A stretch of 64,000 bases of DNA, taken from positions 1,922,001 to 1,986,000 of the forward strand of contig JAYWIR010000021.1 in NCBI GenBank assembly GCA_036172245.1, in the 5' to 3' direction. The notes beneath the pieces are model-generated. The model was not told where the DNA came from, made no database searches, and saw only the letters and a list, made by a program, of their open reading frames with translations. Made by a program: the position numbers and the translations under genes. Below, in pieces: positions 38,311-51,194 of this stretch. The DNA is from Raillietiella orientalis (Eukaryota). The first letter of the stretch is position 1. Every line of letters begins with the position of its first letter.

Positions 38311-39597
38311 CATGCCCTTGATGCTACGGGCATCGTCCGGAGGAAAAAACCCTCGAGAGGGTACGCTATGTCACGGCAACCCCAGCTATGTATCCCGGAG
38401 GAAATTCGATGTTTCGAGCAAGAGAGAGCAAGAGGATACTGACTATGTCGAAGAAGCTCGTCTGGACGGATCTTAAGTTTCCGGAGCCGCCCATACGGGA
38501 ATGTCCTCATTCAGCTCCCGCGGCATCGGAGGAAAGGAAAAAACAAAAAAAGAATAGAGGCTTCCCTCTGCCTTGGGAATAGAATGCTTCCACGAATAGG
38601 TGATGGTGGTGCCCCTAGTTCTAGAGATCTCCCTAACGTTTCCGTCGGCGTCGCCTCGAATCGACCAAGTGGTGGCGTCTTTCAAGAGTGAGATCAGTCG
38701 CCCCGATAGGTCTAATGTTCTTCATTGCTCTCGGAGGTCAAATGAGGCGCAGATGTGGCTGTCGATCCGCGATCTCAATCTGTGCGTCGTCGAGGGACGA
38801 TCGGGTCGCGTCCGTGCTGCCCGGTTTCGCTCCTCTAGCTGACCTCGGGACGTCGTCTCCGAGTCCCCTCGGTGCGACCCTCGCAGTGGTTTGAAGAAAT
38901 CGGCAGGGCAGCGCTGCCGATTCTTCCTCGGCCGTTCGGACCTTGGATAGGTCCGCTGCTCCAGATGCCGTCAGTCGAGGAACAACACACCTGAAGAGAT
39001 GGTTTGCTTCCGAGATTTTGGTGCAAGCTGCGGACAGACTGCCGCACCTAGGAAGGAGCAGATTCTCGCGCTGGTCGCCTCGAGCGGATCGACTCGTCTC
39101 GAGAAGCAACCATTCGGCAAAAGTCGCTTTTGGTTTGTCGATTTCCAGAGTCCTGCGTTCCCCATGAAAAGTTTCCAATCCTTCAGGAAGGAAAAGGATT
39201 CCAATTACTTCCTGGGAATCCACGATTTTCGTCTAGGAATGGAAGCAGTCCGCATCAGTAGATTTTCAACAGCCCCTTCCGAAAAAGGGAAAGGTCCTTC
39301 CATCACAGTTTCCTTCTTGCATGTGCGGTTTCGTTCCAGAAGTTCTGAGTGATTCCCTAAGAACGTTGAATGCTGTTGGTGACTCTGTTGCTTCGAGCCG
39401 AAGCTCCGGCAGTCCACGGGGCTGCACGGCAGCCAACCTCGCTTCCGGAAATGTAGTAGCGAGAGGAAGCTGCGCGCGCAGATTCCCCTGGTCGCTGCTG
39501 AACCGGTGACCCGCGAGCATTCGGTTTGCGTCCCGGCGCTCATCGGACGTACAACCGATATCTGTAGACAGACTCGAACTGATGCTCTCTTCTGCAG

Positions 39598-39685
39598 ATG
39601 TTTTGCTACCACTGTCCCACGGCACATTCCTTGCCATCTTTGAGGTTTCCAGGGCTGGGACTTTCTTACGCATTTTCCCGAGAGT
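39598..39685 (+). CDS. Drgx: Drgx/Drg11 homeobox protein, first coding exon
   Basis: ATG directly follows the acceptor tctcttctgcag. Encodes MFCYHCPTAHSLPSLRFPGLGLSYAFSRE, matching the Drgx N-terminal MF(C/Y)(Y/F)HCP motif. Phase-1 donor gtaagt at 39686. Confidence 0.9.
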
Positions 39686-42479
39686 GTAAGTAGAACTTTC
39701 GTCAGCTTTGCATCCGCGCATGCGCGCTCATCCAGACGAGCAGACCCGAACCTGCTGCTTTGCTCACTTTATTTCATCTTTCCTTTCGGTTGTGTGTGCA
39801 GTTCGCGTTTCCGGGAGCGCAAGATGATGGGAAAGGTAGCGACCTCCCTCACTGTATGTGCACAATCAACCTGCCCTCCCCATCTCTTCCCGTGGACGAG
39901 GCTGTGGGTTTCCCTCGCTGCTTTTTCTTTTTCAATTTATCGGTTCGGATCCACCCACCCCTTCCTCGGAGATTTAAAAAATTGAACTCAAGCGGTTTCT
40001 CAGGCGCTCCACCGTTGTATGAATCGGGGCACCAGAGGGAACGCGCTTCTTCACTTGGTCCAGCAGGAACCCTCCGTCTGACAAGTTTGAAATTTTCGGA
40101 ATTTTTCCTCTCTGAATCTTTGCTCCACAGGTTTTGCGTATTTCCCCTCTGCTTGCATGTTCGAATTCTTCACCGGCTGGCCAGAAGGCAGCACTCCCAA
40201 ACGCTTCCTGAGCCGGAAGCACGGAAGCATGTCCTGAGTCGTATCCTAGCGCTGACTCCTGAAGAGTCACTCGCTTGCAAGAGCCCGAGGTGACCCCTAT
40301 GAGAATCGCGGCAGTTCTCAGAAGATTCAAGAATTGCAAGATCCGGAATCTTTCGACCAGCTCGCGGTTGTCATGGTTGCCAAACGGACTAGGCACGTGA
40401 GGGTCTCACCCATTCCTCTGAAGAAATCCAAAGAAATCTACTTGCATCTACCAACCAAGTCTTTTCACTCTCGACCATTTTTTTTTTCCTCTTTTGAGCA
40501 CTGCGCTTGCGCATGGCATTCAGTGGCATTTCACAGAAACTCACGGCAAATGCGTTTCACGAGGTGAAAAAAGCACTTCTCGACTGACATCCCATCCCAG
40601 CCATCTGATCAAACTGATGCGCGCACCGAGAAATGAAAGTGTGTTTTCCTTTTTTGGAAACTTGCCTGGATGTTCCAGAGAGGCGGAACATTCGTCTTCT
40701 CTTCTCCGAGGTGCGTTGCATTCGGTCTCGTGGAGCAGAAACTCAGAGAACTTGTCTCCTTTGCCATCTTCCTCGCCTCTTTGCATCTCGAGACTGCAGC
40801 GTGCCGTGGATTCTTTTTCCGGAAAGACTCCGTCCCCTCGGGTGAAGATGGAAGAAAGAAGCATTCCAATGATGGAAGCTCCGTGGCGGTAGCAGCAGCG
40901 CTTTGCATCCTATAAGGAGCTGCGACTTTGCTGATTGGCTATCAGATCACACGAGTGATCGTTAGCATTCACGGATTCTTCACGCAGCGCCAGCGGCCTG
41001 CTTAAATTCGCAGAAGAGTTCAACACACTGCCATCGGAATAGAAGTGCGTGTTCATCTGTGATCCGGTGACCAAGGTGTTGGCCGTACGTGGAATTTCGA
41101 TGGTTTCCATGGAAACCTCTGTAGACAAGCTTCCTCCCAGATTGGAATCTTTCTTGGTACAGACGGAAGATAAGGATGAAATCATGGATGGACCCGGATC
41201 AGACGTGAAGATCTGCGAGGCTCCTGCATCTTCAAGCATCCGAATCCACCCTCTTTCAGCTCACGATAGTTGACCTCAGCGGGAGACGGTTCATCCCGTG
41301 AATTGTGCTGCAGTCCCAGGGTGGAGGAAGGCACGCCGGATTCTCGCGTCGAAACGCTGTGCCATCCATCCCGAGGAAACCTGGGAACCTGGAAGGCCGC
41401 AGCTTCCGGTATCTTTCGAAGGAACGCAGCTCTGTCGGAGAGCTCTCCCGGTGTCACGCAGCGGCTGCGAGAGAATGAGAAGAGACTTTAGCCGCTTACT
41501 TAGCATCATCTCGGAACGCTTAACGGATGTGGCGGGCGCACGCAAGCGTCAAAGCTGGACCATTTGCTCATCGGGAAAAAAATGAGGAACTCGACTGGAA
41601 TTCACATCGAATTCTTACTTTTGTTTACGAAATGGAAAACTCTGATAGACATCATCACCCTTCCAAAAAAAAAAAACAGAATGTTGGGAGCTCTGAAAAG
41701 GTCCAGTGGTCGGTATAGGAGTGCTCTACATCCAGAATCGAAAACATCATAGTGCGACTCCGTTGCACGAGCTCTGGACCGTTCTCCGGGCAAAGAAAAC
41801 TTCTGTCTTAGTTCTGTAACGACTCTCCGTCTCCCACGGACTGGTAACTGCTTCGTTTGCTCGTTGAGCTCCAGTGCCTCCAAGGTGGAAGTCCGCATTT
41901 GCTTAGTTACGAACTGACGATGCAGAAAGTGGAGTCCCTTCTGGCCCCGCAATCTTTCGGAGAACAACTCCGCGAAAGGTTCCTCTTGACCTTTCTTGGT
42001 TGCCAGGGTAGATTTAGGCTGGACGTTTAGTTTCAGATGGATCAGCTCTAGAGGCGCGGCAATCAACTGTCGCATTCTTGCAGTGCCTGGAGAAATGCGC
42101 TGGTGCTCACAAGTCCACCACTTCTTGAAGAACGCGTTTCCTGGCGGTCTATCCAGGAGCGCTTCTCTGACCTTAGCCGTGAGATTTACGGTCCCACCCC
42201 GCTCTCAGAGGTCGCTTTGTTCGCCATTACTCTTGCCGAAATCCGGGGAGGGAGGGAGGGAAGCTTCCTTCATCTCAGTAACTGTTAATGCAGACTGAGA
42301 TGAAGATGTGGGTTATCCGTGGTCCTCATATATCAGTGACGATGAAGATGGGATGCAGCCATTCGCAACATGGTGTTCAGTTGCCATGAGTGCACTGAGG
42401 TAACCGAGAGCGCTGGAACCATTCCTCTTGCACACTTCTCTCGATCCTGTACTTGAAAAGCAAAAACCTATTGTGCTTT

Positions 42480-42800
42480 CACTTCGCTGCATCTTTCTGC
42501 GTCCCGCATCTGGCGAACGATCATCTCAGCCGCTTGGTCGCTTACCAGTTCGCATTTTCGAAAGTGCTGCAGCAGGAAGAGATCGCTCCTACTTTGCTCC
42601 GGTTTCCTTCCGCCGAACCGCGGACGATTTTCGAGGCTTTCCTGCCCAGCTCAGTGTCCCTTCACATTTGGAGGGAAGCTGTGATCCTTGTAGCTCCCAT
42701 TCTCCGGGAATCCCGATTTCCGTACCTTTGCAAAGAAAGAAAATTGCCGACCCATCTCCGAGATGCAGGGGGATGGGTCTTTCTTTCCTGGAGAGTCTCT
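42480..42800 (+). pseudogene. Possible decayed non-LTR RT core fragment
   Basis: SGERSSQPLGRLPVRIFE (GVRQGCPLS..F...E), TADDFRGF (YADD) and SPGIPIS...K (SG..IN..K) have plausible spacing. Confidence 0.3.
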
Positions 42801-42985
42801 GGCGATCTTTCCGCCGAACTCTGCATGTCCGTTCAACTGCTCTGGAAGATGCAAGCAGAGACCAAAGCGACGACGAAAGTGGCCGGCCCGGTTTCCTCCG
42901 TGCCATTCTTCGCGACGCGACCAAAGAAACGACGAACATCGAGTTCACGAGCTCGTGTTGCTGAGGTCCCAATCTTTCCCATCAG

Positions 42986-43077
42986 GTCCCAGTTACCCAG
43001 TAACGCCTGAAGCCCGCGAAGACAGATTCATCCGTCGCAAGCAGAGGAGGAACCGCACAACATTCACTCTGCAGCAG
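42986..43077 (+). CDS. Drgx: Drgx coding exon 2 (homeodomain residues 1-12)
   Basis: ctttcccatcag | (C)PSYPVTPEAREDRFIRRKQRRNRTTFTLQQ | gtaaat. RRKQRRNRTTFTLQQ is characteristic of Drgx; phase 1->0. Confidence 0.95.
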
Positions 43078-45653
43078 GTAAATGAGTTCCTATCCTTGCA
43101 CTCGCCAGTTGCCTGAGGAACGGTTGCCATGTGAATCTCAGCGGGATGGGCGACAGGCGCGCACTCTTGCGGGGTCACGGCGCCGGAACATGCGTCATCC
43201 GGCTCGCTCCCAGTCGACTCACTCACCTGCGCCTCCGTTGATGCGCACCCTCCGACCCGACCGAAGCGTCTCCCTCAGCAATTCACCCCTCTTGGTTACG
43301 GTTACCCTTGGCTACAGGAGAAGAAAAAATTCCATCGGCATTAATCCCATTTACCAGAAGAGCGTAATGCCGCGCTATAACTCAAGGGAGTCGGAAGGCA
43401 TTCTTCACGCTGCTAAACCGTGGCTGTTATTTTATTTTCGTCTTCTATTTATTTCCTGGATCAGCAAGTTTCGTTCGACCGCTTTTGATTCTCTTTCCAG
43501 ACGGGATCAAATGGACATGGCACAGCTCTCTCCAGGGTCCCCGAACGTTAATCGCACGCCCGCAGACTCGCGCTTTGTTCCGGATCAGCTTCCGATGCAA
43601 ACTCTCCTCTCTGTACCCTCGTCTGCTCTCGTTCCGGATTCTCCCCGGGAAGTTTTCCTGATTCCGCGTCCCCCGAAGTTCCTCACCCGGTCATGCCGGG
43701 GCGTTTATTTTATGAAAAATAAACCAGTTGGAAACACGCTGGTTCCCAACAGAAGACTAAAGAAAGTCAAGGACAGGGTCCACCGACACGCGGGCCGCGA
43801 TAACGAAGAGTACGGAACGGGGCAGGGGATCAGGGGGCAGCAGGAAAAGGAAAAAAAAAATGCGGTGGGATCTTCGAGTTCACTCCGTGCGCACCGGGAA
43901 AAAAACAAAAACACCGGGGAAGTTACGGAGCGAAAGGGAATGGGGAATGAGAAACAAAAGAAAGTGAAAAAAATAAAGGGAGGCAGGGGACAAGGGTCAC
44001 CGGTATCCGCCGTCCCTAGCTCTTCTCAAACCGGTGCTGAAGTCCGGAGATCTCCTCCTCCTCTACGAGCCGAGGCCACCTTGCGGCCTCCCTCACGTGG
44101 GCGGTTGCCGTCCTTGTGACCTTTCGCTGTTGTGCACATGTCGGGACGTGACGATGGCACGGATGCAACCCATGGTTGCGATCACCGCTCCCGTGGATAA
44201 TCTTCCCGGAGCGAAGAACCGTCGCAGCACATCCCAGACGGTGTCCTCCGGGAGCAGGAGTGCTGTTGTTAGTGTCCGCCACAATTCCCGGAGGGCGCCG
44301 CAGTTCAAGATCAGGTGTGGCGCGATCGACTCCGCCGACTTGCACCTACTTTTGAAAAAGTCAGTTCCCTGAAGTCAGCAAATTTCTGGCGTCGCTTCGA
44401 CCTTGGGCCCGTCATCTGCGAATCCGTGGGTCTCTTGTCAGTCGGATTGGGTTCTTCGCGAGCTGGTAGTGACTCCGCCCCGCCTGCACTATTCCTCTCC
44501 GGCACATAGAATGTCAAAGCACGATAGATAATCGATCGACAGCCGCGAAACGACTTTGACGAAATGAGGGAATGCAGGAGAACGGCAACAACCCCCCTCC
44601 TGCAGGCACTGAGGGTCGAAATTTCCCAAAAGGAGCATCACGCATCGGTCTTCCCAGATTTGAAAATCAGCAGCTCATTGCTGAGGGGCAGAGGGCCGCC
44701 GAAGCTCAAGCCACCAACAGGAGGCAATGTTGTGATTATCTAATTTAGTTGTTTTCAGCAACGACTTAGACATCCTTTGAGCTATCCGTTTAGATTTGCA
44801 CTGCCCCATTGCTGCCCTTAAGCGTGTCTCCTGGACAGCTGCAAGCTGCGATCTGAGATGGGATCATCTGTCTATCTGTGAGTCTTCTTCCTGGCGATGA
44901 ATTATCCGAAGAACCTGGGATGCTCCTCTCTATAAAACCTTGGCCTTGCGAGTGGCTCTCGGAAGTGACCTTGCCACGACTCACGGCCTTTTCGATCTTG
45001 AGCTCCTGGAAAAAATGACCGAGATGACCCGCCCCTTCCACTTGCGCGCTTTAAAAAGAATCCTTTCTTGCCTGTGGGAAGTTCATCTCCGGAAGCGGCA
45101 CGCAGCTTCGGAACTCTCAGGCGAAATGCGAATCTTCAACGATCTGTCCAGTGGTCATTGTGGGTTGATCGTGAAGTCATCCTTTGCCTACTGCTTTAGG
45201 GATTTATAACTGCTCCTTGCCGCATTCTTTTTTACTCCTTCCATCCAAGAACATTTGCCGTTAAGATCACCATCATCTGGTGATGGTGGTGGACACAAAG
45301 GTGGATTTCGTAGGGATCACACTCGACTTTTGAATGCTGCTGTGTCCTTTCGACCGGTTTAGCGACTCGTCTAATCTCCTGGATGGAGTTTTCCTTTTTT
45401 TTTTTTGAGAGAAAAAAATTTTTTTTTCCATTATTGAAGTCCACGTCCACGACGTGGTCATTCAGTTCAACGGTGGTTCCCGGAAGAGCGGATGCCACTC
45501 GAAATCAAACCGTAATCAAGTTCAAGGACAAATCTCATTTCCTGAAATCGGAAAAGTCGACGCTTCTATCCCGGAGCAGTCTTCTCGGTCTTTTTCCTGT
45601 ACGGAAGAACCTGAAAATGTACGAACCACTTTTTTTTAAAAAAAAGGCAAAAA

Positions 45654-45671
45654 CACACACACACACACACA
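45654..45671. repeat. (AC)n microsatellite
   Basis: Directly visible in the sequence. Confidence 0.85.
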
Positions 45672-45854
45672 TAAAACAGCGTCGGGAAAATGGGTGGAAG
45701 GAGGTTTCACTAGTGGGGCTCTCGAAAAATCCGAGGTGGTAAGCTCGTTTCGAGGAGCCAAGCGAATGCCAATTTCGTTCTAAGGTCGGTCCCTGAAAGG
45801 TCGACCACTCTAATCGATTGTCTCTCCTCATATTCTATTCCATGATTCGCGCAG

Positions 45855-45956
45855 CTGGAAGAATTGGAGAAGACGTTCATCCAGACGCACTACCCCGATG
45901 TTTTCACAAGAGAGGAACTGGCGATGCGCATCAACCTGACAGAGGCCCGAGTGCAG
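45855..45956 (+). CDS. Drgx: Drgx coding exon 3 (homeodomain residues 13-46)
   Basis: gcag | [34 protein letters not shown] | gtaagc. 102 nt, ending at the canonical paired-class intron between residues 46 and 47. Confidence 0.97.
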
Positions 45957-47133
45957 GTAAGCAGATGAATGCAGCTCGCCTTTCGGGCTCCTCGCGAGCC
46001 ATCCCATCTCCCGGGCGCCGCCTCGACAGGGCGCGGACAGGAGGCGAACTCTACCCTGTAAGGCGCTCTTGCTCCAGAGAGCGCCATCCAAACCGATTAT
46101 CGAGATGCCCGGGCTAAAACGCGAACGCACGTGCCCCAGTCCTTTTGTCTGGGCCACGGGATCCGTCGAAGCACTCGATCCTTTTACCGCGCTCCTCCGA
46201 TCCAGACGCTTCCCGTCGCCACTCCGCACGCCTCCTCGTGATTGGGTTTGAATTCCACGTCGGAAATTCCCGTATTCGATCCGAAGCGCACCAGCCGAAG
46301 AACCGTCGCCCGGGTGCGCCGGGAAGTTTATTTATAAATAAACCAAACATTCACGATCTCTGGGGTTGGACCGGTGGTTCGACCACGTCCTCTTCACATC
46401 TAACTTGCAGCCTTACCCGTTCGTGAGGTCCTCCACGGAAGCAGAGGGGAGAAGGCAGGCAAAAAGAAAAAGAAACAAAAAAAATAATAAAAAAAAAAAA
46501 AAAATTGGGGTGGGAAGGGATCACGTCCTACTCGATATCCTTCGGAGGATGCCGGAAAGGTCTTGCTGGGTGTTGTTTTTCCAGGTAGGGCCATCTTGTT
46601 GCCGTCCTCGTGAAGCGGACGGCGAAGTGGATGTGGCACCCCTGCTCTTCGGTCCTCCTCCTGCCTCGCTCCAGACAGAGAGGATCCCGTGTAGGCAGCA
46701 CAGGGCTGCTGCTAGCGAGGTGGTCGGAGTGCGTCGCGTGGGAGGAGGCGTCCAGACAAAGAGAGTGTTCCTCGGCTCTGCTCTTCCGAACCGCGACGGA
46801 CGAAAATGAGCGGTCGATCGGCTTGCCGGCAGCTCACTTTTTCGCTCTTTGTGGAATCCTCCGCACCATGTCCCCTCGCCCAGCATGTCTTCGAGCGCTT
46901 CCGCCTCCGGATCACAAGGAGAAAGCTGGGTTCAGAGGCGGTCGCGCCCTCGAACCCTTGGCGGCGGCGCCTTCTGGAAATCCCTCGCCGGACAAGGCGG
47001 CGTCGCCAGCGAACGGTCACCGCATGCCTAGGCCGGAAGTTGCGTTCCCGCCGTGGTCTCAGGGATTCTGGTTGGCGCTCTTATCCGCTCCGCGGGTTTT
47101 GCCACCGCCTCAAAAACCTCCGACTAGGTCGTT

Positions 47134-47594
47134 GGTGCGTCGCTTGAAGGGAGTCTGCGTTCCGTTGACCACAGGTAGGTGAGCTCTTGCTGTCCGTCTT
47201 GGCCTTTCGAGGAAAGAAAAGATGATGCCCTCTAGCCGTCAACGCGAACAGGCCGGTGCGTGCACGGGTGCGCATGAGCACAACTGAACTTAAAAAAGAG
47301 GGGTGGGGGGATTCGAGGGGCCATTCGACGGCTCAGATGGAAGTACGCACGAAAGGTACACACCCAGAACTTGTTCACGTGGACACGCGCATGCCAAAAG
47401 CGTTTTTCTATTTGGCTGGTGCCTCCGATTAGCGTGTGCTCATGCGTCGACTGCACGCACCAGCACGCTCGCGAACCTGCGCGCATCGAAGGCGAGAGTG
47501 CATCATCTTTTTTTTCCTCGAAAGGTCAAGACAGACAGCAAGAGAGCACCCTCCTGTGGTCAACGGAACGTTGTTTTTTTTCTAGAGACGCACC
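47134..47594. repeat. Long imperfect inverted repeat (arms 47134-47282 and 47435-47594, ~150-nt spacer); MITE/foldback-like
   Basis: The left arm cgttccgttgaccacaggtaggtgagctcttgctgtccgtcttggcctttcgaggaaagaaaagatgatgc is the near-exact reverse complement of gcatcatcttttttttcctcgaaaggtcaagacagacagcaagagagcaccctcctgtggtcaacggaacg. Confidence 0.9.
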
Positions 47595-47719
47595 GCTTCG
47601 CCTGCGCCTCGAGAGAGACTGCCCGTTGGACGGCCTTCCTCCCCGGTCACGAAGCGGCTCAGAAAGCAGTCACACGCGATCAAGCAAGAGCGCATCACGT
47701 GTGTCGCAGCAGCCACCCC

Positions 47720-48345
47720 CCGCTGGCGGCCCTGCGGTCCCATGCGGTCTACGCGCGCGGCATCGATCGTCGCGGGTTCGAAGCCCACCCGAGGAAGGAT
47801 CGACCACCCCGAGAAATGGATTTCGAGTAGTGGGTTTCGATTCCCTCTTCCCCGCAAGATGATGCTGTATGGCCTCTATACGGGTGCAGCACCCATGGAA
47901 GCCCCCATTGAATGGCCAGGATTGGAAGCTGACCCTCTGGGGTCCTTCCAGGACATCAAGGAGCTCTCCAGGGTCCTATCCTCCGGTTGTGAAGATGGAG
48001 GGGTTACCATGGAACCGGCTGATTCTCTCTCTCAGGGGTTGCCTCTCCAGAGTGTTAAGAAGCGCGCCTCTTTCTTCGGAGAAAGCCCTTAGGAGAAATT
48101 GAGAAGCGTCCCGTCGGAGTTCTCTTCAGAGGAGGGAACGAGGGGCCCGGATCCTTTCTGGGTTCCTTCCGGAGACAACCAGGGCGAGGGTTCCCTCCCA
48201 AGTGTAAGAAAGAAACGGACTCTCCTTCCTCCGAAGCCTTCCTGGATTCCTGGATGGTACCCCGTCCGGAGCACCCCAATAAATGGAAGAAGAGTTGTTC
48301 GCACCCTCGGGGAGCGCGGACGGTGCCAAAGAGCTCCGTGTTCCC
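47720..48345 (+). mobile_element. SINE-like family, near full-length copy H (Drgx intron)
   Basis: cgcgggttcgaagcccacccgaggaaggatcgac head; body ggggtccttccagga, ctccggttgtgaagatgg, gttctcttcagaggagg, ggagacaacc, ccttcctggattc; 3' cgcaccctcggg...ccaaagagctccgtg. Confidence 0.82.
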
Positions 48346-48599
48346 CAACTCCTTCCACGGAAGCGAGCGCTTTCTTCGCAACAGCCGATGAGGTAGCTTC
48401 CCATGTGATCTGAGGGGAAGCGGAAAAGGTTCGATACGTCAGTTAAAGGGAGCAGCAACAGCGACTTGCCACCTTGCAAAATTTCAAGATGCGGAACCTG
48501 GAAGGACCGCTCCTCGGGCACTCTTCGCAGCTTCATCTCATCAAGCCCGCTTCCGGAAAAGCGCCCGCCTTAAGTGACCTGCATATTGAGTTTGCAAAG

Positions 48600-48950
48600 T
48601 TTCCGCTCATCTGAATGATCAAATGAGGCAGACGGAATGGAATTATTTCTCTCCTCGCGGAGGAGAGTGGAACAACAAAGAGGCAAAGCGATGATGCTGG
48701 GATCGCCTTGGAAACCGTCCGTTGTTCTCCCTCAAAGCGCACGGGAGGAACCCGGCTCTCCAGGAAGACAGCTGAGCAGCGGTCTGTCCCCCCCCCCCTT
48801 CGCTTCAGCCAATGCGGAATTTGTAAAAGGGCATCTCTGGAGAGAGCAGCATCTCCATCTGGAAAAGAGGATGAACCGAACTCAATCGTCGCGTCTTTCT
48901 GTCTTCTGGACCGCCGGAAACCACTTTTCGAAGAGCCGCCGTCGCTGGCG
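48600..48950 (-). pseudogene. Possible decayed CR1/Jockey-like RT fragment
   Basis: SGFRRSRRQKDAT (Q.GFR..RS..D) and VRFEGEQRTVSKAIPASSL (V..G.....GVPQGS.L). The match is weak. Confidence 0.25.
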
Positions 48951-51089
48951 AAGGAAGCACGAAGAGAACGGGCGCGCGCGCGCTCTTCCTGAAGCATCCG
49001 CTCGGCAGACTGCGGATGCCTGCGATCCGCGGGGCGGCGCGGCATCCCGCCTGAAGGAACCTCCCCGCCCTCCCATCACGTCAGCGGGGCTCCCGAATTC
49101 GAAGAGGCGCTCCGAGAACCGTCATTTCCGACGATGCGAAACTGGAAGCGAGGTGCAACAGGCATTCTGGGCGGTGGTGGTTGTGGATCGTGTCCCACGA
49201 CCCGTTAGCGCGAGAATTTTTTTTTCCTTCCTCCTCACCCCCTTCCCCAACGATACCTCAAGGAGACCCGAGCTGACTGTGCCAATCGTCTCCCGGCATT
49301 TACATCGCAGATGGGAAAGATGATAGTCCAGCGATGAGGATCGAAACGGGATTTTCCGAGCCTCACCCGAGAGGTCTTCTCGCAGGCGCCCGCGGAACTC
49401 TAGCAGGGTTGGTGGAATCCACGGCGGCCGCCCGAGAGACAGCCCCGCTTGCTCGTCGACGCCTCCTCGACCGGCGCCGCCTCGCTCCATTCACCAGCAA
49501 TGCGCACCAGAGCAGCCTCTCCGCTCGGCGCGCCCCCTTCTGGCGGGGAGTGGGCTCCGGAGCACCATCTCCCCACCCCTGCTCTCTCTCAAGGCGCGGA
49601 TGCGGAGCAACCTTGGAAAGTCTCCCTTGGCGGAAACGGACACTCCAGCAGCAGCGGCTCCTTCCTCGCCACCAGCTCCATGCGGAGCAGGAAATCGCCG
49701 CCGCCTCGGGCGCGAGATACCTTCTAGAGGGACACGCCTGCGTTGCGGAAGTTGAGTTGCTTCCTAGAGGAAGCAGCTCGCTTCCGTCCTGGTCCTCAGC
49801 CGCCGGCCTTGCAGGAAAAAGGATAATATATGAAATTTGCGACAAATTGGATTGCTCTCCCTGGAAGGATTTTTCGTAGGAAAGCGGGCCGCTGGAGCAG
49901 GACGGGAAGAGAGGTCAAGAGCTGAAGATGCGCTGAAAGGAGAAAGGGGGAAGGGGGCGGGGAGAGAGACAGGGAAGAAAAAAAAAGTGATGTGAGGGCT
50001 CTTCGAGGTGCTGCAGGAAGACCACGAACTGAGGATCTCATGCGGAAAATTCGGGGTCATTGGAGGCGGTGGTCGCTAATGGAAGCGTGCGGACCAGGAA
50101 CAAGGAACGAGCAGAGAGATGTCTCCGCAAGGAATTCTCAGATCTCTCAGCCGAGGCAAAGAGTGCACCCGGAAAAGAATGCTGCCACGCTGAGGGAGTC
50201 GTCCGAGTGCACTCTTGGTTGCTGGTTCGGGGAGCCGTCGTGGCTGTCCATGAATCGTGGATTCAATTCGCGTGGTCCCCCCACGCTTACGACGAAGAAA
50301 GCGCATGCCACAGCAGCATTAGCCGCCTCTTGCGAAGAACAAGCCGGAAGTGGAGGTGAGGAGTTTCTTCGTGAAGATCACAGCTCTTCAGCCCTGGAGA
50401 GCTGAAGCGACTCTAAAGCGACAGAACTCGAAAACTCTTTTCCGTTTCCTCAACGAGAAAACACAAAGGAATCAAAAGATTTCTACTTCCTGGATCCATC
50501 AGAAAACGAAGGCACTGATAAATCTGCTGCTCGCTAAGACCATAAGTCGCAAGAACAGCAGCAACAGCGGAAGAAGAAATGCTCCAAGATGAAATCAGCC
50601 ACTTCATGCATCGTGGTCTGACCATGGATGCGGTAGAGAAAGTGGAAGCAAAGATCTTGAAGGGGGAAAAGCACCTCCAGCTCACGGCGCAAGCTCATTG
50701 GTCCCTCCGGACTGCATGATGAGACGAATCTTGATGATCTTGATCTGCTTCATATCCCAGCGTCCACTCTTCGCCAGTCACCCAAGTGCTCCGTGAACTT
50801 CCTGGAGCGTAGAAAGATATCACGCCGACCGGAACGACGTGATCCGCCTAACTCATTCCGCCTCGACCTGGTTTCGGTGTCCGACCACCAGGGTTGTTAC
50901 GCTCTTTGGACCTCTGTGCCAGCTTTTCATTTTGAGAGAGTTGTTTCCATGGGAATTTTCCCGCCGATCTTCTCTCTCGGGTCTCCAGAATCTCCCCGAC
51001 ACCGGAATTTGCGCTTTCCGCCTCTGTCACTCGTTGGATGACCTGCTGCTCCAAGTTGCCCCTTGTCTGTACTCCACTTCTCGTTCTAG

Positions 51090-51194
51090 GTCTGGTTCCA
51101 AAACAGAAGAGCGAAATGGAGGAAGAATGAAAGGTTCAAAGAGGAAAGGGCGAAGAGGGAGATCAAGGAAAGGTTCCCGTGCGCACCGCATGAT
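51090..51194 (+). CDS. Drgx: Drgx coding exon 4 (homeodomain helix 3, Q50)
   Basis: cttctcgttctag | VWFQNRRAKWRKNERFKEERAKREIKERFPCAPHD | gtaagt. 105 nt, phase 0-0. Confidence 0.97.

Noticed and set aside
41030..41055. HFYSDGSV resembling an RNase H first motif (minus strand)
   Set aside because: Isolated short match; the other RNase H motifs are not seen.
43082..44119. 345-aa ORF, the longest in the track
   Set aside because: It is intronic to Drgx, low-complexity with A-run-derived lysines, and has no domain.
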